The translations under genes and the position numbers were made by a program. From contig CM120648.1 in the NCBI GenBank assembly GCA_051362555.1, positions 16,674,587 to 16,738,586 of the forward strand: 64,000 nt of DNA, in the 5' to 3' direction. The DNA is from Lingula anatina (taxonomy: Eukaryota > Animalia > Brachiopoda). Of this stretch, positions 13,148 through 26,479 are shown piece after piece. Position 1 is the stretch's first letter, and every line of letters begins with the position of its first letter. The notes beneath the pieces were generated by a model. The model did no database searches. It saw nothing but the letters and a program-made list of their open reading frames with translations, and had not been told where the DNA came from.

Positions 13148-13831
13148 ATGGCCAATACCATCAAAGAAGCAGCGCCAGTAGTGAAGGAAACTTCACTACG
13201 ATTGCAACATGGGTCCCCTATTGATGTCCCTGGAGCCCAGTTTGTCCAGGATTTGGCCCAGGCTCTGCCTGGGGAAGATCATAGCTCATACTTTAAAACA
13301 CCGGTGGCTGGGATGGCTACCATTTATAAAAAGGAGCTTCGTGCTTCCGGTAGGTATGCCACGTCTCTGGCATGGTTGCAGCAAGTGGCCTACCAACTAC
13401 AATTCAGTGGGCTTGCGTCTAAAAACTGGATTGAGAAAAATGTTTGGCGCCTTCCTAAGAATTTCACACCTCCTGCACGAGTTTTGAAATCTGCTCCCTC
13501 CGTGGAGTATGGTGGACAAAACACTCGTGATTTCAGGCTTGGGAAAGACCCAAACATTACGCTTATTTCCCAGGTGGTCGATGGGAGTGGCATGGTTCAG
13601 CCTATGGAGGTGGAAACGCAATTGGATGAGGCTGAACTTGGTGTGGGGTCAAGTAACATCGACCCCAACTCCAGTCTGGACTCCATTGAGGAGTTGCACC
13701 TGCAATTAAACAGTAAACAATATTTGAATATGGGTAAATCCATAATTGCACATGACAACAATTTACAGCCTGGTATGATTTACGCCGATATGTTATTTGT
13801 TGCACTGTCGGTCGATACAGAAATTGGCTAA
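13148..13831 (+). CDS. Uncharacterised 227-aa ORF immediately downstream of the Gypsy pol stop
   Basis: Open ORF starting 28 nt after the pol stop, preceded by a polypyrimidine tract and TTACAG (acceptor-like). No motif recognised. Confidence 0.45.
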   Translation: MANTIKEAAPVVKETSLRLQHGSPIDVPGAQFVQDLAQALPGEDHSSYFKTPVAGMATIYKKELRASGRYATSLAWLQQVAYQLQFSGLASKNWIEKNVWRLPKNFTPPARVLKSAPSVEYGGQNTRDFRLGKDPNITLISQVVDGSGMVQPMEVETQLDEAELGVGSSNIDPNSSLDSIEELHLQLNSKQYLNMGKSIIAHDNNLQPGMIYADMLFVALSVDTEIG

Positions 13832-14299
13832 TTCAGCATCCAAAAGAGCTTACCATCTGAATGGCTATCTCTTCCCATGGAAGGAAATTGAGCATAGCAA
13901 TGCTACAGAATATCTGTATATATATATTATAAAATATATATTATTAAATATATAATATTAAATACTTGTTGCTAGGGTAATATGCTGCCTAGCAACTGTT
14001 GCAATGGTTTACTTGGGTTTTTAATGTCTTAAAATAGTATAGTGATAGTTCTGATGGCTTGAAATATTATTAAAAGCCTTTTTAAATCATTTAAACTGAA
14101 CAAGAAAGGTCCAATTAGCTTGTTACTAAGGTAAATCACTTCCTTAGCAACGGTTGCTAAGCAAAGCTTTGAAATTTTGGGCACTACCCTTGAAAATGAT
14201 CAGCATAGTTCAAAGAACATTTGTGCCAAGTTTCATGCTTTTTCCATCTTTTGAGCAATTTTTGCACCAGTCACCTAGACTATTTCCCGCCAGTGCTAG

Positions 14300-15127
14300 T
14301 GTAAGTAACATATCCGGGTAAGGAAAATGTAAATCCGTTTTGATTTCATTCAGAAATATCATATCTATATCCTGAGTTAAATTTTGAACATAGTTTTGAT
14401 CCAATTTATTTTTCACACCATTAATATTCCATGATAAAATTGAAATTGATTGTTTCTGCTCGCTTATCGAAAATCCTGAATTGCAAACCGGTAAAATACG
14501 CAGCCATCCCTTAGCAGTATGCGGGACTTTTTATCAAAATAAATATTGTGTCCAACGTTCTCTGGTTTTTTCTTCTCATCCGCCTCTGCTGCAAATAACC
14601 TTTTCCACTCGTTCCGAATCGAAGGGTGTTGATCTCTTTTCAGGCGAATTTGAGAATTTTGTATTGTGTTGCAATATGGATGCGTTCATCAGTATTTCCT
14701 TCCTCTTTGATGCAGATTCAACCGACACCAGGCATGGTCGCGCCGTTCCGTCATTGCCTTCTTTACCCAGACACTTAGAAGAGCCGATTTCAACATTTCC
14801 AACTTTTATTTCTTTGAATACTGACGCTAGTTTGACTTCATCGCTCGATGCATCATCCTCTGGCAGGTTTAATACAATTAAATTCCGCTCTCTTTCTTTA
14901 TAATCTAAATGTTCAAGATATCGTTGCTGTCCAGAGAGTATGTTTATCAGTTTCTTATTATCTGTGAACAGATGATCGGTGGTATCGTTTAATGACTGTT
15001 CATCTTTTTCTAATTCACAGACACGGTTTGACAACTGCTGTACAATGTCGCGTGTCTCCATGGTAGCCTGTTTTATGTAATCAATTTGCGATGATAGGTA
15101 TTGGGCCCAAGGTGGAGCAGTGGTCAT
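14300..15127 (-). mobile_element. LINE 5' fragment: ORF1 (coiled-coil plus RRM-like) and the start of the ORF2 APE endonuclease
   Basis: ORF1 has heptad repeats then ERERNLIVLNLPED and ARPCLVSV. Downstream on the minus strand: ISILSWNINGVKNKL...DMIFLNEIKT (APE motifs I and II). Confidence 0.8.
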
Positions 15128-15401
15128 TACTTCGCGTGGGTGACCCTACTTTGATCACTCTACTCTAATACGGAGATTTTAAGTATAAGAACTTGCTTAC
15201 AGTGATTTTTTAAATCACTTTACCAAAAAGATTCGGTGCACGTGATGAAAGCAACTTTCGTGTACATTGTAGCTATGGATTGATTGAATTTACATAGAGT
15301 TGAATAAATGAATTTATGTATTTATGAAAGATCAAATAAAACACTACTCGTACTTGTACATGTAATATTTATAATGCTTCAAACCGTCTTTGTTATATAC
15401 A

Positions 15402-16708
15402 TAATGTTCTCATTTACGGCGTCCCAATATGTAAAAAACGCAATGAAATTAAAAAGGACGTAAAATAATCAACACCCTTTCGTCCCAGGGACGAAAAAAA
15501 ATGCGGTCCTGTTTAGGCGGGTGATTAGTGGGAGAGATAAAAAAACAACTGAAAGGGATGATTATCTTAGTGACCACGGAAATTATACAGAATGAGTGAT
15601 GTGATTGGTGAAACTAGCGTATTAATTTACAAAAACACACCGTGTTTGGCAGTTTGCTGGGCCTGTCACGTCACTTAGTGCGCCATCTACCGAATGACGC
15701 AATACGCAAAATGGCGCTCATTACGGCCGAGGTTATCCCTGACGAAAAAGACCGAGGGGTGCCGAATGCAGGTGGTTGTAATGTCTCAAAATGGCGCAGT
15801 CCCATGCTTAAAAAAGATCCGGACTTTCAACAAAACCTGGCTGGAAGATCCCAGTTTTAAAGACTGGCTTTATGTCACGGACAACTTTATGTTTTGCTCC
15901 ATTTGTAAACGTGCCAAGAAGAGTAACGTTTTTACAACTGATCGGGGATGCAGTGATTACCAGAGATCTACACTTGTTCGACACGTGCAGTCCGAACAAC
16001 ATAAGCAAGCGGCTTCTACTCTTAAGGGCCAGTCAGCTCTACAGCGGGCTATATCCACAGCGGAACAAAAAACAGATGACAACCTCGGTCATCAGATGAA
16101 AACTGTGTACTTTTTGGTATCTCATAACTTGGCTCTAAATCTCTACCCGGACCTTTGCCTACTTCAGTCAATGAAGGGACACTATACGTCAGCTGGAGTG
16201 GTAAATGAAATGGTTCAGTGTCTGTCAGATACTATTGAGGATGACATGAAAAATGCCATAGAGAAAAGTAAATACATAGGCATTCAAGTGGATGAAAGTT
16301 GCGACATTGCAATTTTCAAAAAATTGATTATTTATGTCCAGACTTTTGTAGGTGGAAAAGCCAGAACTTCTTTCTCTTTTCTATTTCTAAAACAGAAAAG
16401 TACTGGTTTTATTTGACAGAAACTTACTGAGTTTCGTTCTCTAGTAGACTAGTCCTGGTACAATGAGTCTGCAGAATTTTATTTTTAAAAAGATGTTTTG
16501 TAAGATGTTATATTTTTATTTTGCTATATTTTTACATAATTTTGACCTGTTACATGTATTTCAATAAACACATTTGTGCAATTCTAAATGGTACTTATTT
16601 TTTTTTCTTCTTCAAGAGAAGGACTCGGAAAATTTACATGGGACTCACATTTTGTCAAACATGTGAGTCCCATGGACTCGGATTTTAAAAAAATTATTGA
16701 GAACACTG
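15402..16708 (+). mobile_element. Truncated hAT transposon with a ZNF862-like transposase fragment (ORF 15694..16416)
   Basis: TTF-type zinc finger (FNKTWL..FKDWL..MFCSIC..LVRHVQSEQH) and first catalytic D motif (YIGIQVDESCDI). Right end ...GAGAACACTG, degenerate left end TAATGTTCTCA, subterminal GGGAC/GTCCC motifs. Confidence 0.8.
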
Positions 16709-16722
16709 TCATATTATAAACA

Positions 16723-17184
16723 CTATTGACATTTATTTTTACAGTAGGTCAATATATTTCTATTAGCTTTGTTCGTAGATGAAATACATTTTTTCCAAAA
16801 AGACTTGTCAGTTGTTTGAGTAATAGACATTTTGTAGGCCATATCTTTAATATAATTCAGGCTATATTTGCATATAGGATCTCTCCCATCTACACCCGCA
16901 ACATTTCTGTCCTTTTGTATTCGTTCATCAGCAGTAAACAATCTTCCCATTAACTGAACGCAAAAGTTGCCTGGGGAATTGGCCCGTTGTCGAATATCAA
17001 AAATGTCTTTATTTGACAAGGCAAATGGTGGCCGGCCGAAAGACTGACTCCTTGGTTCTGTATCACACCAAGTAGGAAGTGCGTACGTGACCGGCGTAAA
17101 TGTTATTAAATAATTTAGCCTAAATTTTGATACAACTGTTTCTCTTTCGTTCTTTGATATTAACTCCGCACCTATGTAATTCAA
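16723..17184 (-). CDS. BEN-domain protein (fragment or TE-associated ORF)
   Basis: SPGNFCVQLMGRLFTADER...NVAG...LNYIK...FWKKCISSTNKANR matches the BEN-domain pattern by eye. Confidence 0.65.
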   Translation of the reverse strand: MNYIGAELISKNERETVVSKFRLNYLITFTPVTYALPTWCDTEPRSQSFGRPPFALSNKDIFDIRQRANSPGNFCVQLMGRLFTADERIQKDRNVAGVDGRDPICKYSLNYIKDMAYKMSITQTTDKSFWKKCISSTNKANRNILTYCKNKCQ

Positions 17185-17539
17185 AACTATAGGAATAGTA
17201 CATTTTTACCATCTAAACTCCAAACTTAACCAAAAGCCTTCTTCATACTTAAAAGCATCAGAGAGTTTTAATTTAAAAAGTTGGATAACAATATATGGGG
17301 CTTACTTCACTGTTTGGCACGTGTCATCTCACATTAATTAACAATCAGTTCAGGTTAGCTTTATTCATGCCGGGTAAACACAGTGATTAAGCTCTGACTA
17401 TTACATAATCACTACTGTGTGACACGCGTCGTCTAAAATTAATGTTAACATTACGATGACGCTCTTCAATCCAAACTATTCAATTTTACCTAATTTTCAA
17501 TCAACTGACACGTATCAACAGGATTGTTTGTATAAATGG

Positions 17540-19490
17540 TCTTCCTAAATGGCCAGTAAGTATTTTGTATAATATATCATGTTTATGTCACTGAAAATGA
17601 AGGCCATAATATGTCGCGACAAGCCATTACTATGTGTTGAAGAAATACGACGAAGGGTTTGGTATTGCCGATAAGACACGCAGTGGATGTCCTTCAAAGG
17701 TTGACCTGCGCCACATGAACATTATAGACGAGGAGGAGGCCAGGAGTGGTGAATTGGTGGCCTCAAAACATATAATTCTATTCGGTTGAGCGAAGTGAAT
17801 AAGAATGGAATTATTTTCTCCTAGGGGGCGACACTGTATATATTGTGTTAGTTGTGATACTGGTAAGAATTGTGGGTAAGTTACGACAGTTGTTCATTCG
17901 ACCAGTTAGCGCAGACCAGTTGACACGTAAATTTTTATTTTTCAAATTTTGTTTATGGTTTTGTTGTTTTAATTTGATGAGTACATGTGATTCATTTTGT
18001 TTTATAACTACATTGGTTATTGCTGCATTGGCTATTTTTATTTTTCTTCAATGTTTTTGTTTTCAAAATAAGTAAAGTGTATGTTGTGTTAGAGTGTAGG
18101 CGTACAGTGTGCGTGGGTGCGTGTTTGGAGGTGCGATTTATGTTTATTAATATATAAATTTAATGATTGATTAATATGAACTGTTTGGGAGGTAGTTTTG
18201 CACTTGTGTAGTGGAGACATGAGTTCGGAGGAGGTGTTTGGGAGGTGGTCTCTGGTGATTTCCTATGTATGGGAGAAATGAGATCGGAAGTGCTTGGGTA
18301 GTGATATTCTGTTAAATCCCTATGTAAGGGAAAGATGAGCTCGGGAGAGCTGTTGGGATGTTATATCGTTATGATTCCCTAAAAAGGGAAAGGTGAGCTT
18401 GGAAGAGCTGTTTGGATGTGATATCCTGGTGATTCCCTATGTAAAGGAAAGATGAGCTCGAAAGAGGCGTTTGGGAGGCGGTATCTGGTGATTTCCTATG
18501 TATGGGAGAAATGAGATCGGAAGTGCTTGGGTTGTGATATTCTGTTAAATTCGTATGTAAGGGAAAGGTGAGCTTGGAAGAGCTGTTTGGATGTGATATC
18601 CTAGCGATTCCCTATGTAAAGGAAAGATGAGCTCGAAAGAGCTGTTGGGGATGTGATATCCCGGTGATTCCCTAGGTAAGGGAAAGATGAACTCGGAAGA
18701 GCTGTTTGGGATATGGTATCCCGGTGATTCCCTAGGTAAGGGAAAGATGAGCTCGGAAGAGCTGTTTGGGATGTGGTATCCCGGTGATTCCCTAGGTAAG
18801 GGAAAGATGAGCTCGGAAGAGCTGTTGGGATGTGATATCCCGGTGATTCCCTAGGTAAGGGAAAGATGAGCTCAGAAGAGCTGTTGGGATGTGATATCCC
18901 GGTGATTCCCTAGGTAAGGGAAAGATGAGCTCGGAAGAGCTGTTGGGATGTGATATCCCGGTGATTCCCTAGGTAAGGGAAAGATGAGCTCGGAAGAGCT
19001 GTTAGGGATGTGATATCCCGGTGATCGAGGGTCTCCTCGTGTTTATAATTTATTTATTTAATTATTTGTTTATGTTGTTTGTAAATGATTGAAGATGGTT
19101 TGAATAAAACTCGTGCGCTAACTGCGTCCATATGCACTTTATATGTTGTTTGTGTTGCTTTATTATTAATGTTATGCAGTGTCGGTTATGGTCTAGGAGA
19201 ATAAAAACTCGTCTCTTTGAGCGAACAGGTAATTTTATTGAGCAATATGGTATTAATTGGTTTCGCACCCCTACAGAAAGCCCGGACCTCAACCCTATTG
19301 AAAACGTATGGGCTGAAATCAAACACCACCTGCGTACGTGTGCTAAGCCGACCACGAGAGAACAACTTGTTGAAGGCATTAGAGAGGCATGGGAAAATAT
19401 TAACGCAGAAAAGTGTAATTAATATATTAATCACCTAAAGAAGCTGATTTCAGCGTTAATTGAGAGAGAAGGTCGTGCGTCAGACTACTA
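17540..19490 (+). mobile_element. Split, degenerate Tc1/IS630-type transposase (HTH part ~17600..17760; DDE C-terminal part ~19190..19490)
   Basis: N-terminal part ..LKKYDEGFGIADKTRSGCPSKV; C-terminal part TPTESPDLNPIENVWAEIKHHLR..KPTTREQLVEGI..EGRASDY*. The two parts are separated by a satellite-bearing insertion. Confidence 0.75.
18215..19025. repeat. Tandem repeat, 59-60-bp unit, ~13 copies, within a ~1.3-kb insertion
   Basis: Unit CCCTAGGTAAGGGAAAGATGAGCTCGGAAGAGCTGTTGGGATGTGATATCCCGGTGATT; near-identical at the 3' end and diverged at the 5' end. Confidence 0.92.
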
Positions 19491-20659
19491 AACTAGCAAC
19501 ACATGTAATAAAAATAATGAGACATCGATATTTAATTGATGTATTAGCTATTTAATATTATTCATTTTAACTACGCTTGTGTTTATCGTGACTTATAATC
19601 ATCAAGTGAACGTCAAATAAAATTGTTTTTCGTGTAAAAACTAAGCCTGATTTGTTCTTTATACTTTTGTTCTCACATTCGATCTGCCTTTACTCTAGTC
19701 TTGTGTTGCAGTTGATACAGCATAACCCGGTATTGTTTGCTCGTGTCGATAGCAATCTCTTTGCATCAGCTATAACAGAAAACTCAAGTGAGGCAATTAA
19801 GAAGGAGCAGTGCGTGCTCGTTGAACCAACTAATTTGGATGCCCGATAAGGATTACCGGGCAATTCCCCTACCCTGTAATTATCATGCGGCCACCATTGT
19901 TCGACCATACGGGGCAGGGTTGGAAGACCATGCGGACTTTTGGTAAAGGGAATTTCCGGCGGCACTGTAGTAGGCGGGACGTGCATTTAAGCCGGATCAT
20001 CTGACACTAATCTAGTGGGACTCCCCACGGGGATAGATCGATCTAAAATCTATGGGAATGCGCCCTATTGCCCAAATATCAGTGAATGTCGGATATTTTA
20101 ATTCATTTTTGAGTTGCAGCGCCCTGCACTTTATTCAAGTGCTGAGTGTAAACGTGCCAATCATGTGCAGTGGTTATACCCTCCACCAAAGGTCTTCTCA
20201 TTCGTCTCTACCAGTATCTGATATGAACTTGGTTGAAAGACCCCTTATGAAAGTCAGGAATCAATACACACGCTCCATGTTAACCACTGAACTTCAGGGA
20301 AATAAAATAATTAATTAAATAATAAAAAAAGAACTGAAGGCAATGTCTCCAGCCTTATAAATTTATACACATAGATGTACATCTTCAGAATTTAACTTCA
20401 TTTAAAGTAATACAGAGGCCACAAGGGGTGCTTGGATCCCTGAGAAGTCCTTGGAAATCCCTGAGCAGTATGACAATTACTGCGTCTACTAAAGCATTGC
20501 ATTATTTGATTTTATTTGCCTCATCTGTAATTTAATTTACCTTGCTTTTTGTTTGATAAAGAATTCTCCTTGCAGAGGTGCATTTTATGAAATGACCCAA
20601 CAAAATAATATAGTTCAATTAAGGTCAAATGACCTGTTAAAATCATAAAAATCAGACTA

Positions 20660-20696
<37 letters not shown>

Positions 20697-21084
20697 TGAA
20701 AATTAAGTTCCTTCTAACTAAAAACTTGGAAGAAACTGAAAAATGAATTTCTCTATGCCAGTTTGACGTGAATGCATGTGATTGTTTCTTGAATTTCCTA
20801 CTTGCTTTATTCAAATTACTACTGCTTTAAAAGTGAACAAAACGTGTCAGTGTAAAATGTTAATTTGAATGTAATTTTTCAGTGTTCAAATTCAAGTTGC
20901 CAATTTTTTTTTTTTTTTTTTTTTTGGGGGGGGGGGGGGGCATGTAAAAGAGGTCCAGAATATAACGCAAGAAGTGTAAGATCAGGGCAGCCTCCGTGTC
21001 GTGTTCAACAAGCTTGTTATCAGCTTGTAAAGGCCAATACAAAAGTGTCCGCTGCTCGCGATTTCAAGATATGTTTTTTCTCGT

Positions 21085-21117
<33 letters not shown>

Positions 21118-21529
21118 AACACAGATGGACATACATGTACGCACATCACTTATTTTTATATTAAACTTTTAAATAGTACGTACCTTATCAATAAGTACAT
21201 GTATGTGTATGTGTTTGTGTGTTTCAGGTTAAAGAAAGTCCAAGACCTGTTTGCATCGTCAATATGAAACACTCCATGTACAAAAAGATCGGGTGTTGTT
21301 AAATAAAGAAGGGAAACGATAATACACGCCGATCATATTGCATGTTGTATATATTTTGCAGTTTTGATCACCTAAGACAACGGTAAGTACGTGCTGTATA
21401 TTGTTTTAACATGATTTATGTAGAAAGAAGCAAATAGCTGGTATCATTATATGTCCCCTTTTATGACCCAAGAAAGGGGTGTTTAACAACTTGCAAAATA
21501 AATAAATGAAAGTGAAAACGTAAATAGTG

Positions 21530-22915
21530 GAGTTAACTATTGGTGAAAATTGTTGGTCACATGTATATGTGTGTGTGTTAATTAACTATTGGTGTAAATG
21601 TATGTTGGTCACATCTATATGTGTGTGTGTTAATTAACTATTGACGTAAATGTATGTTGGTCACATGTATATGTGTGTGTGTGTGTGTGTGTGTTAATTA
21701 ACTATTGGTGTAAATGTATGTTGGTCACATGTATATGTGTGTGTGTGTGTGTGTGTGTTAATTAACTATTGGTGTAAATGTATGTTGGTCACATGTATAT
21801 GTGTGTTTGTTAATTAACTATTGACGTAAATGTATGTTGGTCACATGTATATATGTGTGTGTGTGTTAATTAACTATTGGTGTAAATGTATGTTGGTCAC
21901 ATGTATATGTGTGTTTGTTAATTAACTATTGACGTAAATGTATGTTGGTCACATGTATATATGTGTGTGTGTGTTAATTAACTATTGGTGTAAATGTATG
22001 TTGGTCACATGTATATGTGTGTTTGTTAATTAACTATTGACGTAAATGTATGTTGGTCACATGTATATATGTGTGTGTGTGTTAATTAACTATTGACGTA
22101 AATGTATGTTGGTCACATGTATATGTGTGTTTGTTAATTAACTATTGACGTAAATGTATGTTGGTCACATGTATATGTGTGTGTGTTAATTAACTATTGA
22201 CGTAAATGTATGTTGGTCACATGTATATGTGTGTTTGTTAATTAACTATTGACGTAAATGTATGTTGGTCACATGTATATATGTGTGTGTGTGTGTTAAT
22301 TAACTATTGGTGTAAATGTATGTTGGTCACATGTATATGTGTGTTTGTTAATTAACTATTGACGTAAATGTATGTTGGTCACATGTATATGTGTGTGTGT
22401 TAATTAACTATTGACGTAAATGTATGTTGGTCACATGTATATATGTGTGTGTTAATTAACTATTGACGTAAATGTATGTTGGTCACATGTATATATGTGT
22501 GTGTTAATTAAATATTGGTGTACATGTATTTTGGTCACGTGTATACATGTGTGTGTTAATTAACTATTGGTGTACATTTATGTTGGTCACGTGTATATAT
22601 GTGTGTGTGTTAATTAACTATTGGTGTAAATGTATGTTGGTCACATGTATTTGTGTGTGTGTTAATTAACTATTGGTGTAAATGTATGTTGGTCACATGT
22701 ATATATGTGTGTGTTGATTAAATATTGGTGTACATGTATTTTGGTCACGTGTATATATGTGTGTGTTAATTAACTATTGGTGTACATTTATGTTGGTCAC
22801 GTGTATATATGTGTGTGTGTTAATTAACTATTGGTGTTAATGTCTGTTGGTCACACGTATATACGTGTGTGTTAATTAACTATTGGTGTAAATGTATGTT
22901 GGTCACATGTATATA
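21530..22915. repeat. Minisatellite, ~53-66-bp unit with an embedded variable (TG)n tract
   Basis: Unit GTTAATTAACTATTG(GT/AC)GTAAATGTATGTTGGTCACATGTATAT(GT)n repeated about 25 times. Confidence 0.93.
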
Positions 22916-24639
22916 CAACATTGGTCAAAAAGGTTGTCCCACCCCCATTTCCATGTACTTTTATTAATTGAAAAATGATCACCTCCCAGCTGTGAACTGT
23001 TAGCAATGGTACTTTTTATTACGGATACCGTGTCTAACATGATTAATGGTTAAAAATATATAAAATAGTGGTGAAAATATACACATTTTATACCATTTTG
23101 TAAAATTTATAAGAGGTACCCCCCCCCCCCCCTCAAAACCGACTGTATCACTGTGACTTCTACAGATGTAAGGAAATGTCTATAAAATTGAAAAGACGCC
23201 ATCAAATGTCACCAAATTCACACACAATTAGCATTAGGGTGTGCTCGTTAAATATCACGTGCCTAACAGCGTGTGCGTCCACCGCGTACTGCAATTATCT
23301 CCTGTAGACGGTGTGACAAGCCTTCAACATGGGTAACAATTCTGTAATGTGGGATATTGTCCCATTCATCCTAAAGAGCGTGGCGGATTTGGTCAAGATT
23401 ATTTAGGAATTGGTTCTCCTCTGCAATGCACATTCCAATTTATGCCACAGGTGCTCAGTAGGATTAATATCCGGACTCAAAGACGGTTGTCCCATCCTCA
23501 GAGCCCTGTGTGTCCATCCTCAGAGCCCTGTGTGTCCCATCCTCAGAACCCTGTGTTTCTGCAACAAATCGTTTGCCATACGAGAGCTGTGAGCAAGTGC
23601 GTTGTCACAATGAAGCCAGTAGCATCCCTGAAGTCACCTCTTGCAAATGGAGTGAGATTTCTGTTGAGAATGTTACATTAAAATGCCCCTGTTACGTTTT
23701 GTTAAAAAAGGAACAATGTACTAATACCATGGGCTTGGAATGTTCTCCAAATGCGGATTGATTTCACACCTCAGGCGATATTACCCTACACACACCCTTT
23801 CAAGAGGCATTTTTTCACATGTCTATGGACCCTCTTTGACCATCGCTGGGATACAAGAAATAATTTTATTCTGCATCAAAATCGACTTCCTTCCAGTGAT
23901 GGATGGCCAGGTTCAGGTGCCCGTGGGATCACTGAACGTAGCACTCTCAGCTGATATCTCATTCCATCTTCAAGACATGACTTTGGGGTTAACTCCAGAC
24001 TTTATCATAACTGCACACTTGCTCACACCTATCGCCTGGCAAGTGTTTGTTGAAGAAACACAATGCTCTAAGGATGGGACCACCATCTTTGAGCCCTGAT
24101 ATTATACTTACTAATCAACTGTGACATGAATTGGAGTGTGCAATGCAAAGGAGAACACACCTCATAAAAACGTGGACCAACTCCCCCAACTTGTTTAAGA
24201 AGAATGGGACCATTTCCCACAAAACAGAATTGTAACCCGTGTTGAAAGCTTGTCGCGCCGTCTACAGGAGATAATTGCAGTACGCGGTAGACGCACACGC
24301 TGTTAGGCACGTGATCATTAACGAACACACCCTAATGCTAATTGTGTGTGAATTTGGTGACATTTGATGGTGTCTTTTCAATTTTATAGACATTTCCTTA
24401 CATCTGTAGAAGTCACAGTGAAACTATCGATTTGAGGGGGTACCTCTTATAAATTTTACTAAATGGTATAAAATATGTATATTTTCACCACTATTTTGTA
24501 TTTTTTAAACCATTAATCATGTTAGACACGGTATCCGTAATAAAAAGCACTATTTCCAACTATTTACAGCTGTAAGGTGATCATTTGTAAATAAAAGTAC
24601 ATGGAAATGGGGTTGGGACAACCTTTTTGACCAATGTTG
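22916..24639. mobile_element. Tc1/mariner-derived foldback element with ~580-bp inverted arms and a TA TSD
   Basis: Ends CAACATTGGTCAAAAAGGTTGTCCC / GGGACAACCTTTTTGACCAATGTTG, flanked by TA at 22914-5 and 24640-1. Both arms contain a transposase 3' end (SPDINPTEHLW..). The satellite unit resumes after the element. Confidence 0.9.
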
Positions 24640-25479
24640 TATGTGTGTGTTAATATACTTTAGATGACAATTATAATATAACGCATAGCTTAGCTTTCAG
24701 AACAGCGTCTATTTAGATATTAATATCTCTGGGAGTATTTCTATGATACATTCATTATAGCGTGCATTGTTTGAGGGATTGTTTTTAAGTAAGATAATTA
24801 AAGCAGAACAATGTATATATATCCACGGTCAAGTAGTTTAAATTACTGTAAGTAGGATATGAATGTAGAGAAGCTTAACTTCCTATGTATGTAGCTGAAC
24901 CAACTGGAACAAGATTGTCCTTATAAGAGTATGCGATTTTGTCTGACAATTTGAAATTAAGTAGCAAAATACATGTCTCGAACTTGTTTTTATGTATGAT
25001 AATTGTACAGGGAAGTATATTCCATAATATATACGTTGCTCGTAAGATGTAACAGATCTCTTCCCCCCCACAGACCGCCACTGTCGTGTTTTACCGAGGA
25101 TATCACCATATGTGGATGACACTCAGTGACACATCCACTGTGACATTTAGCACCACGAAGCTGCCATAGAACGAATGATGACTTTCGCCTCAGACCTTGA
25201 GGTATGGAAAATTAGGAACAAATTTTGATTGAAATAATAATTAACGATGAAATCAAGTTTCTGGCCATTTCTCCCCCCAAAAATGTAAAGTAAACTCAGA
25301 ATCTCATTATCAAGATTGGTGATAGTGTGGTTCAAGTATCTCTCATATACGGAGTGCCAAAAATCTCGGTGTCTACCTTGATTCTACTCTCTCAATTGAT
25401 AGGTAGGCCTATATCTCCCACGTACTGTATTACAATGTAAAGTGAAAATAGCACATCACATTATCTCCATGGCAACTAA

Positions 25480-25515
25480 AACACACACACACACACACAG
25501 ACAGACAGACAGACA

Positions 25516-25560
<45 letters not shown>

Positions 25561-25565
25561 ACACA

Positions 25566-25610
<45 letters not shown>
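25480..25610. repeat. (CA)n/(CAGA)n microsatellite
   Basis: Read directly from the sequence. Confidence 0.95.
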
Positions 25611-25612
<2 letters not shown>

Positions 25613-26479
25613 TGGCCTAATAGCCAGCAGCTGATCCAGGCCCTACAGCAAGAGAAGTGGAATACGATTCCAAAAACGCCATCTGCGGCCTGATACCCCT
25701 GTTACACTAGAGGCAGAATGAACAAGAATGCCGTCGGAAAGACAATTCATTGTGCATTACTGGATATTCAAAGAGCATTCTAAAAATTGCGAGTGCATTT
25801 CAAATAGTTTTACCGATTCTTGTGGTCGGCCTGAATGTTTAAAACTTTCGAAGTGCATTTCAAATGGAAAATTATCGAATGGCATTTGAATAGCATTCTA
25901 ACAGCACTTTGACTACATTCTAAATATTCTGATCACATTCGAGGGATATTCGAACTGGCACGCGACTTAAGACCCCCGTCGCACTTAATCGGAACCAGCA
26001 GGAATCAAGATAGAACCAGCCAGAATGAATTAATTGAAAAATTCGTGCCATAATCGGGAGTAAATTTCAAATTGCAGTCAGAATATTCCGAATGAAATTC
26101 AAATGCCGCACGAGTGTGGTTTGACTGCTGGCTGAATACAGGCAGAAGTATGTTAGAAGGTGCCTCGAATGATATATGAAGCGAACTCAAATGCAGTCAA
26201 CTGCTCCCTGTATGGCTGCCAATTATGGTTTGAAATATAAAAAATTCAGATATAATGCAGCTGAAATTCCTAAAATTCTTAATTAAAATTACTTTCTCAC
26301 ATGTTTAGAATGTAACACAATGCCAAGAGTGTATAGATAATGCCACAGGAATGGTAACTGATACAGTGGAAATTTCACTCATCATTCCAGGCGAATCCAA
26401 GCGCATTCTGAGTATTCCTACTATACTTTTACAATAATTAAGGTCAATTTGGAATTTTTCCCCAAATGTGGTGTGAATT

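Noticed and set aside
19690-19986. 98-aa minus-strand ORF
   Set aside because: No recognisable motif or splice context; cannot be supported.
18215-22915. Regularly spaced repeats as possible CRISPR arrays
   Set aside because: Units are contiguous with no unique spacers (the variable part is only a TG tract), there are no cas genes, and the context is eukaryotic.
25700-26440. GCATTC/GAATGC-rich region as a Harbinger-like element
   Set aside because: Only one possible terminus and no matching TIR or TSD could be defined.
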